Positions 49,465 through 59,219 are shown, counted from the stretch's first letter. The stretch: 64,000 nt of DNA from an uncultured Chthonomonadaceae bacterium (GCA_963817895.1 CAWFQB010000002.1:640001-704000), one strand, 5' to 3'. Notes: generated by a model not told the origin, from the letters alone. Numbers and translations: made by a program.

Positions 49465-50467
49465 ATGCTGAAGAAACTATTCATTGCGGCAATATTGACC
49501 ATGCTTGCGGCACACGGAAAGAGTGCGAACGCTCAGAACAGCCCGTCCCCTATTCCGCAGCCACACTTTCAGGGCGACTTTTTCGGCGAAATGCCGCGCG
49601 CCTTTGGCGCGTTCGTTCGCATTGATACGAAAGCCCGCGTGGTAGTTGTCAGACGCGATGGAGACGGCAAGATCGTGACCGTTCCCATTCGCGACGATAC
49701 CGAACTGCATTTCCGTGAACTCGTGGGGCGAATTGACCGACTACTTTCCGGGCCAGCATGTGATGCTGTTTATGTACGTGGACGATGACCATAATTGGAC
49801 ATACCCCCGTGCCATTCAGGACGACATTCACGTTTCGGCGCGGCACGGATGGTTCGCCCGCGTCACCCGTATAGATTCCGCCACGCATACCTTTCACACG
49901 ATCCGCGAGGAGAAGAACGCGCAGGGTCAGGTGACGCAAACCATTGAAAAGGATGTCGCATTCGCGCCCGACGCGAAGGTATGGAAGGGTGACGCGCCCG
50001 GAAGCATGAACACGCTGCGCGAAGGCGACGAGGTGATTCAGCAGCTTGTGGAGCGCGACGGCAAACTTACGGCAGTGGAAATTTTCGACCGCAAGGGGGA
50101 TGACGCCGCGCGGCTGATACAGGAGAAGCGGCATCGGAGCGATCAGGAGCGGCTCGGCCTGCCCGCGTATGTCACTGATGTAGAACCTATTTCCGGCCTG
50201 CTCGTCGTTTCCGTCGCGTGGAGCGGGTCCGAACGGGCGAAAGAACTGAAACCCGGCAATGTCGTCACCGTGCTTCCCTCCGACGGTTCAAAACCGTTCG
50301 CCGCCGCCATCCACTCCCTGCAACCTGTGGATACCAGACAGCGTATAGAGTTTGTGGTCAACGCCCGCGTCGCCAGCCGTCTCACCTTAGGGCAGTCGTT
50401 GCGCGTGTTCCTGCCCAATACCGGCCCCGCCCTACCGACCGGACGCGCCGGAATTCCATCCAACTGA
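49465..50467 (+). CDS. Secreted hypothetical protein, +1 frameshift near 49717
   Basis: AGGAG RBS, signal peptide; ORFs 49465-49788 and 49715-50467 join at ELHFR/SWGELTDY. Confidence 0.7.
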
Positions 50468-50470
50468 TAG

Positions 50471-50574
50471 GAAGAAAAGGAGAAAAGGAGAGCAACTGCA
50501 TAACAGCAGCTTAATTGAGTCTGGCAGTTCCATATTTCTTCTCCTCTTCTCCTTTTCTCCTTTTCTCCTTTTCT
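50471..50574. repeat. Convergent octamer pair (GGAGAAAA / TTTTCTCC)
   Basis: Same unit as the in-gene repeats at 7007-7044 and 11901-11937. Confidence 0.85.
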
Positions 50575-50596
50575 TGCAAATACGCAGAGGTTTTGT

Positions 50597-50995
50597 ATGA
50601 GCGATGATTTTGAACAGCAGGCATGGGTGCGGTTTGGCGTGGCGGCGGAACTGTCGAAACAGTACGCGGCGGACGAGCGGCAATTTCTGGAACGATTGGC
50701 GGGAATGTTGGAGTCCGCCCTGCCGGGTGAAATTGACGTGACGCGCAAGGGCGGGCTGTTTTCCAAAAAAACGGTGCAGCGCGTGAGCGTGACAATGGGC
50801 GACCACCGCTATCTGCTGGAAGACCCCGGACGCGGCCCCGTACAGGCGGCGCGGCTCAAAATCGTGCGCGGCATCGCGCTGAAAACCGAAACCATGACGG
50901 TAGCGGACTGGCTCACGGAACTGGGCGAACTGCTGGATGAACGCGCCAGCACAAGCGCGCAAACCCGCGCCGCCCTTGCCCGCCTTGTAGATTAG
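50597..50995 (+). CDS. Hypothetical protein
   Basis: 132 aa, GAGG RBS, host-like codon usage. Confidence 0.75.
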   Translation: MSDDFEQQAWVRFGVAAELSKQYAADERQFLERLAGMLESALPGEIDVTRKGGLFSKKTVQRVSVTMGDHRYLLEDPGRGPVQAARLKIVRGIALKTETMTVADWLTELGELLDERASTSAQTRAALARLVD

Positions 50996-51008
50996 AAATA
51001 AGGTTTTT

Positions 51009-52298
51009 ATGAATGAGGAAATTAGCGTATCGCGCCATTTGCGCCCTGCTCGCTCCCTGCGTTCCGCCGATTATGTGAAAATCGGGTTTCTAACCATGCT
51101 GGGCGCGCTCCTGCTGGTGATACTGGCGTTCGTAACATGGCATGTGGGACAAGCCGCGCTGGACATCATCTCGCCGTTTGTGCTGGCGACCGTTTTCGCG
51201 CTTCTGCTCGATCCCATTGTGGACAAATTAGAACGCCGCATGAGCCGGTTCTTTGCGGTTCTGGTCGTGTTCATGACATTCGTGGCGATTTTGCTGGCGG
51301 CGGGATTGTATGGCATCCCCGCGCTGATGGATCAGATCGGCGCGTTCGTCAAAAACGCGCCAAAGTATATCGCTGATCTCAAAAAGGTTGTGAACGATTT
51401 TTTGACGGCGCATCCCCGCATGTTCGGCATTGCCCTGCCTAAAAATTTCAGTACGCTGTATGACGAGGTGACAGCGCGAAGTTCCGGCCTGCTGAATTTC
51501 TCGTCCGGCAAACTCACCTCGCTTGTGACCGGCGCCGTAACGTTCCTGCTGGAAGCCATTATCACGCTGATCTTGACGTTTTACCTGCTGATGGACATTG
51601 ACCGCCTGCGCGCCCGTATCATCTATCTGGCCCCGCAGCAGTACCGAACTTCCCTGAATCAGTACGCGACCGACATTGGCGACGTGTTTTCCAGTTACCT
51701 GCGCGGCATGATGATTGTATCCGCGTTGTACGGCGTGGCAACCATGTTTGTGCTGTTCTGCCTGTCGTATCTGCACAGAGAACTGGCGGGCTACGCTCTG
51801 TTGGTGGGCGTGGTCGGGGGATTGCTGTATGTCGTGCCGTATGTCGGGCCACTGGCGACGGCTGTGATTACCTTTCTTGTCGCGTTTTCGGCGGGCGGCG
51901 CGGGCTTCGGTTTTGCCAGCATCGTCGCCACGCTGATCTTGAATCAGGTTTTCGATGGCTTTGTCACGCCCCGTGTGGTTGGCGGCGGCGTGGGGCTGCA
52001 TCCCGTTGCGGCTGTTTTCGCGCTCACGCTGGGCGGCGCGCTGTTCGGATTATGGGGATTGCTGCTGTCCGTCCCCGTCGCGGCCAGTATTCAGGTTATC
52101 CTGTTCCGCCTGTTTCCCAAACTGACCACGCCCACCCCGCGCGTGTTTTTACGGGCGCAGGGCATACGTACAGAGGAGGCGCAATCTCCAAAAGTGATGG
52201 AGGGCGACCGACCGGAAATGCCTGCTGTGGAGACACGCCCCTCAGTTCCAAAGGCTGAAGCCGCAGCAGCCATCCCAACCAACCGCAAGCCAGAGTAG
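51009..52298 (+). CDS. AI-2E family transporter
   Basis: LLDPIVDKLE, YLRG, VPYVGP, GLHPVA, GLWGLLLSVP. Confidence 0.93.
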   Translation: MNEEISVSRHLRPARSLRSADYVKIGFLTMLGALLLVILAFVTWHVGQAALDIISPFVLATVFALLLDPIVDKLERRMSRFFAVLVVFMTFVAILLAAGLYGIPALMDQIGAFVKNAPKYIADLKKVVNDFLTAHPRMFGIALPKNFSTLYDEVTARSSGLLNFSSGKLTSLVTGAVTFLLEAIITLILTFYLLMDIDRLRARIIYLAPQQYRTSLNQYATDIGDVFSSYLRGMMIVSALYGVATMFVLFCLSYLHRELAGYALLVGVVGGLLYVVPYVGPLATAVITFLVAFSAGGAGFGFASIVATLILNQVFDGFVTPRVVGGGVGLHPVAAVFALTLGGALFGLWGLLLSVPVAASIQVILFRLFPKLTTPTPRVFLRAQGIRTEEAQSPKVMEGDRPEMPAVETRPSVPKAEAAAAIPTNRKPE

Positions 52299-52317
52299 AT
52301 GCAGCCATTTTTACTTG

Positions 52318-52420
52318 GAGCCTATCCCCAATAGGCGATTGCATTTGCGTCCGAAGGACGCTTGGCCGCAGGCTACTCAGACGGGTACGTTCTTTGTACC
52401 CGGCCTAATGGGATAGGCTC
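52318..52420. mobile_element. MITE-like element, copy 2
   Basis: TIR GAGCCTATCCC..TAGG / CCTAATGGGATAGGCTC; body near-identical to 43806-43907. Confidence 0.85.
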
Positions 52421-52437
52421 TAAAGGAGAAACAAACC

Positions 52438-52623
52438 ATGAACATCGGGTACCTCGCGTTGGGAATTCTTCTGGGACTATTTGCCTTTGCGCAACTCCTG
52501 CAACTGGCAGGATTGATCGGCGTAGGCTTCAGCATCGCAGGCATCGGCTTGACGATTCTGGGCGGCGTCGGCTCGTTTGTGTGCTTCCAGAAAGCGTTTG
52601 CCAGCAAACTTCCGCGCAAGTAG
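52438..52623 (+). CDS. Small two-TM membrane protein
   Basis: AAGGAG RBS, 61 aa, hydrophobic. Confidence 0.75.
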   Translation: MNIGYLALGILLGLFAFAQLLQLAGLIGVGFSIAGIGLTILGGVGSFVCFQKAFASKLPRK

Positions 52624-52672
52624 TGTCCGCGTCCATAACCGCTATGTTGACCGTGTTGGGAGCCAGTTCGCC

Positions 52673-53515
52673 ATGACACGTTTCCTGATGAGAATGTTGC
52701 CTGTAATGTTGCCTGTTCTGGCTGTTATCAGCCTTGTCGGATGTGGGGGCGGCGGGACAAGCACAACGCCGACAACGACCACTACAGGCGGCAACGGTTC
52801 TACTTCGGGCAGCGCGTCCGGCACTTCCTCCGGCAGCGGCCCGTCGAGCGGTTCCGGCAGTTCCACAGGGGGCGGCCAAACCACTTTTCAGCCGCAAACG
52901 TATGATCTTGCCGCCGATTTTTCCTTTGCCAATAGTGCCGGCAGCGTGTGGCAGTACGGATATTCGGCTGCGAATTCGCTTGCGCCGGATCAGTTTCGCG
53001 CTGATACCGTTGCGGACACCAGCAACGCGGGTACAGGCTTCTGGCATCCTACAACCAGCGTGAACACGGGCGTTACCTCCGGTTACTATCCGTATGTCGC
53101 GAAAAACACGGCTTCAACCGCGCATGCTGACCCAACTGGTAACTGGGCCGTCCGAGCGGGCGAGATCGCGATGGAGGGCAGTGGGAGCGGGCAATACAGT
53201 CTGATACGCTTCATCGCCCCGGCTGCGGGGAAGTACCAGATCGCCGCCAATTTTCAGGGCATACACTTCAACCTATCCACCACCGACGTTCATGTCCTGC
53301 AAAACGGCGTGTCGGTTTTCGACGCCAACATAGACGGCTACGGCGGCGACCCAGGTTTCCATGCCGTTCAGGGCGCAAACCCCAACGCCACTTATTCCGG
53401 CACATTGACGCTGAACACGGGCGATATTGTCACGTTTGCCGTCGGCATCGGCGCAAACCAGACCGTGTACAACGACACAACCGGCCTGACCGTCCATATT
53501 GTCACTGTGCAGTAA
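52673..53515 (+). CDS. Lipoprotein with Gly/Ser/Thr linker and beta-sandwich domain
   Basis: Lipobox LVGC-GGGG, low-complexity linker. Confidence 0.8.
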   Translation: MTRFLMRMLPVMLPVLAVISLVGCGGGGTSTTPTTTTTGGNGSTSGSASGTSSGSGPSSGSGSSTGGGQTTFQPQTYDLAADFSFANSAGSVWQYGYSAANSLAPDQFRADTVADTSNAGTGFWHPTTSVNTGVTSGYYPYVAKNTASTAHADPTGNWAVRAGEIAMEGSGSGQYSLIRFIAPAAGKYQIAANFQGIHFNLSTTDVHVLQNGVSVFDANIDGYGGDPGFHAVQGANPNATYSGTLTLNTGDIVTFAVGIGANQTVYNDTTGLTVHIVTVQ

Positions 53516-53708
53516 CTATCTTCGACAAGCAGGAGTTTATCGCGGATAGGATGGTCGTGTAACATTCTGAAGCCTTGCTGATGCTATGTGGTATGCTGTC
53601 TGCAACATCTGAAATGGTTGGATGCAAGGTTATCACGCGGGCTGTTATAGCGGCGTACAAAGAATGTTGCCTTGTCAGTAGCGAGAAGGTGAGGAGAGGA
53701 TTTAAGCG

Positions 53709-55133
53709 ATGTTGGATGAAGCCGAAAAAGACAATGTATCCGTCTCGACTAACGGGGATAGAAACACATTCGGTGACCGCACGATTGTCTCTCCCGCATA
53801 CTTCCATTCGATTACTGTGGAGAACTTTCGTTGTTTTAAGCCGCTTCAGACTTTAGACTTATCAAACAGCAATGGGCAACCTGCTAGATGGACTTTAATA
53901 CTTGGAGAGAACGGAGTAGGTAAAACCTCTCTACTTCAGCTTCTGGCTTTGATGCAGCCAGAGGAATCTCGTTACGCATCCTATGATCCAAACAATCAAG
54001 TGGAGTGCGTTCCGAAGATGCTTGAGAATGCTCATAAACTAAATTGGTTCAGTGAACAGGGAGCTATACCCCGTGATATAAAATCGTATAAAGAGGGGCT
54101 GGCTAAAGTAAATTGTTCCATTAGCTCCGGTTGGGCTTTCAATAATTTATCTTCTATTAACTTGATTGAATACGCAGCATTTTTTAATCAGACTGGTGGG
54201 TCCTATTCGTCTGTTATAAGCGATCCGCAGGCATTAATCTGTTACGGATATGGCGCAAACCGCCGAATGGGAACCACTTCGCTGACCGACTCGCTGGATG
54301 CGGATTCGTCAGCCAGTTTGTTTTCGGATACCGTTGAACTTATGAACGCGGAGGAGTGGCTGCTTCAGGCGGATTATGCGGTAAGCCGAACCAAAGGGGC
54401 AGAAAGTAAACGGGCGGAGAATCAGTACAACCGCGTTAAGAAGATTCTTACGGAGTTGCTGCCGGATGTAGAAGACCTTCGCATCAGCGAATCCGCGTCG
54501 TTAAGATTGGGGCCGCATGTTCAGGCGAAAACCCCGTATGGGTGGGTTCCCATTCAAAGTTTGAGTTTAGGTTATCGCACCTTGCTGACGTGGATGGTTG
54601 ATTTAGCGGCCCGTTTGTTTGAACGTTATCCTAACAGCAAAAACCCGCTTGCCGAACCTGCCGTTGTGCTTGTGGACGAGATAGATTTACATCTTCATCC
54701 AAAATGGCAAAGGAAACTGATTCAGTTCCTGAGCGACACCTTTCCGAACACGCAATTTATAGCCACTGCGCACAGTCCGCTTGTGGTGCAAGCCGCTTCG
54801 GATGCCAACATCGTTTTGCTTCAACGCGAAGGCGATCACGTCGTAATCAACAATGATGTGAATACGATTGAAGGATGGCGGGCAGATCAAATACTGACGA
54901 GCGACCTGTTTGGTTTAGACAGTGCGCGCCCACCCCAATTGGATGCGGCTCTGCAAGAGCGTGAACGCCTGCTTGCCAAAAGCCGATTGACCAAAACAAA
55001 TAAAAAGCGTATCGAAGAACTGGAACGACAGATTGGGTCCATGCCTACCGGCGAGACACCGCAGGACATCAAGGCAATGGATATTATTCGCAGAGCCGCC
55101 AGCCTGCTTGAACAAAATGGACGCTTCAAGTAA
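53709..55133 (+). CDS. ABC/AAA_21-type ATPase (PtuA-like)
   Basis: ENFRCF, GENGVGKT, LSLGY, VLVDEIDLHLHPKWQ, QFIATAHSP. Confidence 0.9.
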   Translation: MLDEAEKDNVSVSTNGDRNTFGDRTIVSPAYFHSITVENFRCFKPLQTLDLSNSNGQPARWTLILGENGVGKTSLLQLLALMQPEESRYASYDPNNQVECVPKMLENAHKLNWFSEQGAIPRDIKSYKEGLAKVNCSISSGWAFNNLSSINLIEYAAFFNQTGGSYSSVISDPQALICYGYGANRRMGTTSLTDSLDADSSASLFSDTVELMNAEEWLLQADYAVSRTKGAESKRAENQYNRVKKILTELLPDVEDLRISESASLRLGPHVQAKTPYGWVPIQSLSLGYRTLLTWMVDLAARLFERYPNSKNPLAEPAVVLVDEIDLHLHPKWQRKLIQFLSDTFPNTQFIATAHSPLVVQAASDANIVLLQREGDHVVINNDVNTIEGWRADQILTSDLFGLDSARPPQLDAALQERERLLAKSRLTKTNKKRIEELERQIGSMPTGETPQDIKAMDIIRRAASLLEQNGRFK

Positions 55134-55157
55134 GTTTCACGGTACGGGGTCATGTAG

Positions 55158-55943
55158 TTGATTAAAATTACCAAACCGGAAACCCCACCTTCGATTTTAA
55201 CTACTACCGGTCGTATTAAATGCACTGCTCTGTGTCAGGAGTACACACGATTGGTGAACAGTGTTGCCCCGACAACATTGGAGTTGAATTTTGACCCTGC
55301 GGTTTATGGACATCCAGAGGTAAAGCAAGCCTTAATAGACGCGCAGCACGAGAAATGTTGCTTTTGTGAGAGCAAGGTTGGCGAAGAGGGAGATATTGAG
55401 CATTTTCGTCCCAAAGCCGCTTTTCGTCAAGGCGCAGCCTTGCCACTGGAAAAGCCGGGTTATTATTGGTTGGCTTATGAATGGGATAATTTGCTTTTGT
55501 GCTGTTCGCCCTGTAATCAGCGACATAAAAAGAACCTGTTCCCTTTGGGTGATCCGAATACAAGAGCGAGATCGCATAACGACTCCATAGCAGAAGAAGA
55601 ACCATTATTCATTCATCCGGCTCATGTGGATCCAGCGCGGCACATATCGTTTCATAAAGAAGTCGCTTTCAGCATCAATAACAGCAGGCATGGCGAACAA
55701 ACAATTAACGCTCTAAAGCTGAACCGGAAGATACTGAAAGAGAAACGTTTTAAGTGCTTGAAAAATTTAGTGCTGATGCGCCAAATATTAGGGTTGAGAG
55801 ACGAACTCTCCAACAGCCCACAAGGGCTGGAGATTTTGAATGAAGCAACGCAAGTTTTAGAAGATGCAGTTACCGACTCGGCGGAATATACGGCAATGGC
55901 GCGAGTTGCCGCGCAATCGGATTTTCGTATAGCGTTACCTTGA
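55158..55943 (+). CDS. HNH endonuclease (PtuB/retron-associated type)
   Basis: KCCFCES..IEHFRPK, YYWLAYEWDNLLLCCSPCN..K. Confidence 0.9.
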   Translation: MIKITKPETPPSILTTTGRIKCTALCQEYTRLVNSVAPTTLELNFDPAVYGHPEVKQALIDAQHEKCCFCESKVGEEGDIEHFRPKAAFRQGAALPLEKPGYYWLAYEWDNLLLCCSPCNQRHKKNLFPLGDPNTRARSHNDSIAEEEPLFIHPAHVDPARHISFHKEVAFSINNSRHGEQTINALKLNRKILKEKRFKCLKNLVLMRQILGLRDELSNSPQGLEILNEATQVLEDAVTDSAEYTAMARVAAQSDFRIALP

Positions 55944-56066
55944 AAAGCCGCAATCCCGCAACATTCCCATGCTCTGCCTACAGGAAACAGGCTTTCGTGG
56001 TGGAGATGCGCAAACAATTCGCCTGCTTCAACAAGAAAGCCAACTCAACAAGAAAGTGAAAACGAA

Positions 56067-56360
56067 ATGGCAGCCAATCACAAACTTACCGGTGTTCTAC
56101 AAGGCCGAACAATTTCCGGCACACAAAATTCGGGCGGCAATTTCACAATCACGTTTACGGACGGTTCGCGCATGACGGTAAAAACAGCAGGTTCGTCCAA
56201 CAGCGCCAGCACGGGCGGCACGATCCGAGAGGCGCGTCAGGAGGGAACGACGCTCACCCTTGAAATGGAGGCCGGTTCCTCGTTGAGCGTCACGACTGCG
56301 GGGGCTACGAGCGGCATTGTCGTGAGAAATCAGAGTGGCGCAATGGAGTATTCGGATTGA
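56067..56360 (+). CDS. Small beta-rich hypothetical protein with internal duplication
   Basis: 97 aa; ITFTDGSRMTVKTAG and LEMEAGSSLSVTTAG halves. Confidence 0.65.
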   Translation: MAANHKLTGVLQGRTISGTQNSGGNFTITFTDGSRMTVKTAGSSNSASTGGTIREARQEGTTLTLEMEAGSSLSVTTAGATSGIVVRNQSGAMEYSD

Positions 56361-56461
56361 CGGACGGCAGGGCGCATTGCCGAGTTGCGGTTGTTTAGAG
56401 TATGATTTGTGGCAAGAAAAATCCAGAGCAGTAGACAGCGCTTGAGAAAGCGAGTGGCACG

Positions 56462-57400
56462 ATGCGACTTTTCGGATTGGGCGGGGGAACTCCCGAAGAT
56501 GAGGCGACGAAGCAGCGGCGCGAGGCGAGCGAACGCTCCATTGCGCAGGGCGGCTTGCCGCTTAACGCTATTGACCGCCTGCGCGAACAGAAATCGCGGC
56601 AGAACACGCCCGGACACATCTTCACCAGTGACCTGAGCGTAAATGAACTGGTTCTGGTACATCAGGCCGGGTATGAGCCGCTCGGTCAGGTGATGGGCAG
56701 CAGCGTGTATCATATCGGCTGGCAGTGGATGCCCTATTCCAGTTGGAATTCCGGCGAACTGACCGTGCTGACGCAGGCATTTTATGAGGCGCGGCATCTG
56801 GCGCTCGGACGGCTGTATCAGGAAGCGGCCCTGCTTGGCGCAACCGGCGTGGTCGGCGTCCGGCTGGAAAAGCGCGAATACGAGTGGGGTTCGTCCCTGC
56901 TGGAATTCGCCGCCATCGGCACGGCCATACGGGAATTCGACGTTCCGCCCCCCGCCGAAGGAACCGCGCAGCCGTTTCTGAGCGACCTGAGCGGCGAAGA
57001 GTTCTGGATGCTGCGGCAAACGGGGTTCCGGCCTGTCGGCGTCGCCATCGGCAACTGCACCTACTATCAGGTTCCCTCGTGGAATACGCGAAACGTGACG
57101 AACGGCGGCTGGATGGGCGGCGCGTGGACCAATCAGGAATTACCCGACTACACGCAGGCTTTGTACAACGCCCGTTCGCTCGCCATGAGCCGCATGGAAC
57201 ACGAGGCGCGGCAATTCAACGCGGTCGGCATCGTTGGCGCGGACGTGGAAATACTGGGCGAACCCCGCGAAGTCGAAGTCAGCGAAAACAACCGCCGCAC
57301 CGACATGATTTTCCACTACACCGCCATCGGCACGGCTATCGCGCCCTATACGGGCCGCTGGCCGATTTTCAAAGTGATGAATACGGTATCACTCAAATAG
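56462..57400 (+). CDS. YbjQ/UPF0145 (heavy-metal-binding domain) double-domain protein
   Basis: FTSDLS, ARHLALGRL..EA..LGA.GVVGVRL, AIGTAI, each present twice. Confidence 0.85.
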   Translation: MRLFGLGGGTPEDEATKQRREASERSIAQGGLPLNAIDRLREQKSRQNTPGHIFTSDLSVNELVLVHQAGYEPLGQVMGSSVYHIGWQWMPYSSWNSGELTVLTQAFYEARHLALGRLYQEAALLGATGVVGVRLEKREYEWGSSLLEFAAIGTAIREFDVPPPAEGTAQPFLSDLSGEEFWMLRQTGFRPVGVAIGNCTYYQVPSWNTRNVTNGGWMGGAWTNQELPDYTQALYNARSLAMSRMEHEARQFNAVGIVGADVEILGEPREVEVSENNRRTDMIFHYTAIGTAIAPYTGRWPIFKVMNTVSLK

Positions 57401-57479
57401 GGAGTAGGTTGTAGGGAGTAGGAGTAGGAAAGGCGCGTTCAACTCACGCATTGTCCTACTCCCTACAACCTACTCCCTA
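57398..57479. repeat. Convergent heptamer pair (TAGGGAG / CTCCCTA) with a perfect 26-bp stem
   Basis: 57398-57423 is the exact reverse complement of 57454-57479. Confidence 0.9.
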
Positions 57480-57494
57480 TCCGAAGGAGACCCC

Positions 57495-58316
57495 ATGCCC
57501 TACACACCCGGTTCGCAGGAAGGATTGCCCGAAGCGGCGCGACAACGATTGACGGATATGCGCGGCGGGGCCGGCAAGCGTCCGCTGTTTACCAGTGATT
57601 TGTCGGTCAACGAGTTTTTGCTGGTGCGCGAGGCCGGCTTCGATCCCGTCGGCCTCGTCATGGGCAGCAGCATCTATCATATCGGCTTTCAGTTCGCCAA
57701 CTTCTTCCAGAATCAGGAGATGACGGTTCTGACGCAGGCGATGTACCATGCCCGCGAACTGGCAATGACGCGCATGGAGGAGGAGGCCGACATACTCGGC
57801 GCGGACGGCGTTGTGGGCGTCCGGCTGGAGGTGACGCGCTACGAATGGGGCGAACATCTGGCGGAATTTATGGCGATCGGCACGGCTATCAAACACCGAA
57901 CGGGCGAACATTACCGCACACATGATAATCGCCCCTTCACGTCCGATCTGAACGGTCAGGATTTCTGGACACTGCTGCGCGCGGGTTATCGCCCGGTTTC
58001 GATGGTGATGGGAACCTGCGTGTACCATGTGGCGCACCGGGGATTGATGCAGTCGCTGGCACAGGCCGGACGCAACACAGAGATGCAGAACTACACGCAG
58101 GCGCTGTACGATGCCCGCGAACTGTCGCTGTCGCGGATGCAGGCCGAAGCCGAAACGGAACAGGCCGAGGGCATCGTGGGGGCGCAGGTCAAGGAGAGCA
58201 GTCACGGTTGGGGCAGCCATGTCATCGAATATTTTGCGGTCGGCACAGCAGTCACGTCCATCTCCGACAAACACCAGATAGAAACGCCAACCCTGATCCT
58301 TCCGCTGACCGGCTAA
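57495..58316 (+). CDS. YbjQ/UPF0145 double-domain protein (paralog of the upstream gene)
   Basis: FTSDLSVNEF, ARELAMTRM, ADGVVGVRL; AAGGAG RBS. Confidence 0.87.
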   Translation: MPYTPGSQEGLPEAARQRLTDMRGGAGKRPLFTSDLSVNEFLLVREAGFDPVGLVMGSSIYHIGFQFANFFQNQEMTVLTQAMYHARELAMTRMEEEADILGADGVVGVRLEVTRYEWGEHLAEFMAIGTAIKHRTGEHYRTHDNRPFTSDLNGQDFWTLLRAGYRPVSMVMGTCVYHVAHRGLMQSLAQAGRNTEMQNYTQALYDARELSLSRMQAEAETEQAEGIVGAQVKESSHGWGSHVIEYFAVGTAVTSISDKHQIETPTLILPLTG

Positions 58317-58321
58317 ACGGT

Positions 58322-58957
58322 ATGGCAAGCCGCAAACAAGAGCGCTTCATCAAAGTTCCTGACTGGTTCTCAGAACCGACACAACGCTTTCCTTCTCTTT
58401 CTGTAGTTGTTCGGGAAGAATTTGATAGCGTTGTGGCTGCGCAAACTTACGCCGAAATGTTGAACGCTCGGGTAAACTTTGGCGAAAAGTTGATTGTAGC
58501 AAACATGGTAAATGAGTTCCTTACGCAGCTAATGGAACGAGGCATGCCCCTGCCGCAGGAGATGGTTGTAGATGCCAATGCGTTTCGTGAATACGAACGG
58601 AACAAAGTACGGTTCATCGCCGCCAAAACTGTGGATAAGACAATCTATATCAATCCGTCTTCGATTGTATGGATAAATCCTGTTCAGGCGGCGCAAATGT
58701 ACGAAGGCCGGTTCTGGTCTACGCCACATCCTTTGCATCCATTCTTCCATGAAGAGGGGCATATTTTACTTGGCACAGCAGGAAGCCCCCGCCCCCTTAG
58801 CGCAAAACAGGCGAATGTAGCCGCTTCTGTAAGTACCTACGCAAAAGGAAATCAAGAAGAATTAGTTTGTGAAATGCTTGCAGGGCTGTTTTGCGAGGTT
58901 GAATACGATGCCGATATGATGCGTTTATACAAGCGTTTAGGAGGAAAAACGATATGA
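58322..58957 (+). CDS. Zincin-like metallopeptidase resembling phage MuF C-terminal domains
   Basis: WST....H...HEEGH, VSTYA..N.EE.V.E, LYKRLGG. Confidence 0.65.
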   Translation: MASRKQERFIKVPDWFSEPTQRFPSLSVVVREEFDSVVAAQTYAEMLNARVNFGEKLIVANMVNEFLTQLMERGMPLPQEMVVDANAFREYERNKVRFIAAKTVDKTIYINPSSIVWINPVQAAQMYEGRFWSTPHPLHPFFHEEGHILLGTAGSPRPLSAKQANVAASVSTYAKGNQEELVCEMLAGLFCEVEYDADMMRLYKRLGGKTI

Positions 58958-59172
58958 TTAACGCCGTTCAGTGCGGCTTTTGTAAGCATTATTGGGCGGG
59001 AAAGGAATCGTGCGATGCCTTTCCTGATGGTATTCCAGTTGAGATTTTAAACAATTCGCGCGATCATCGGCTTCCCTATCCGGGCGATCACAACATTCGC
59101 ATGGAATTGAAGCCGGGTGTACCCGAGGCAATGTTGGGTGAACTGCTCAGTGCGGAGCAGAAGGCGGCCTAA
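58954..59172 (+). CDS. Small Cys/His-rich protein, putative immunity partner
   Basis: CGFCKH..CDAFPDGIP..I....DH..PYPGD; ATGA overlap with the peptidase gene. Confidence 0.75.
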   Translation: MINAVQCGFCKHYWAGKESCDAFPDGIPVEILNNSRDHRLPYPGDHNIRMELKPGVPEAMLGELLSAEQKAA

Positions 59173-59219
59173 CATTCCAAAAATATATTTTTAATGTTCC
59201 TGTACATTTTGTCTGAATA

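Noticed and set aside
53516..53708. Retron ncRNA upstream of the ATPase-HNH pair
   Set aside because: No reverse transcriptase in the window and no clear a1/a2 inverted repeat.
58322..59172. Prophage
   Set aside because: No integrase, terminase, capsid or tail genes around the MuF-like pair.
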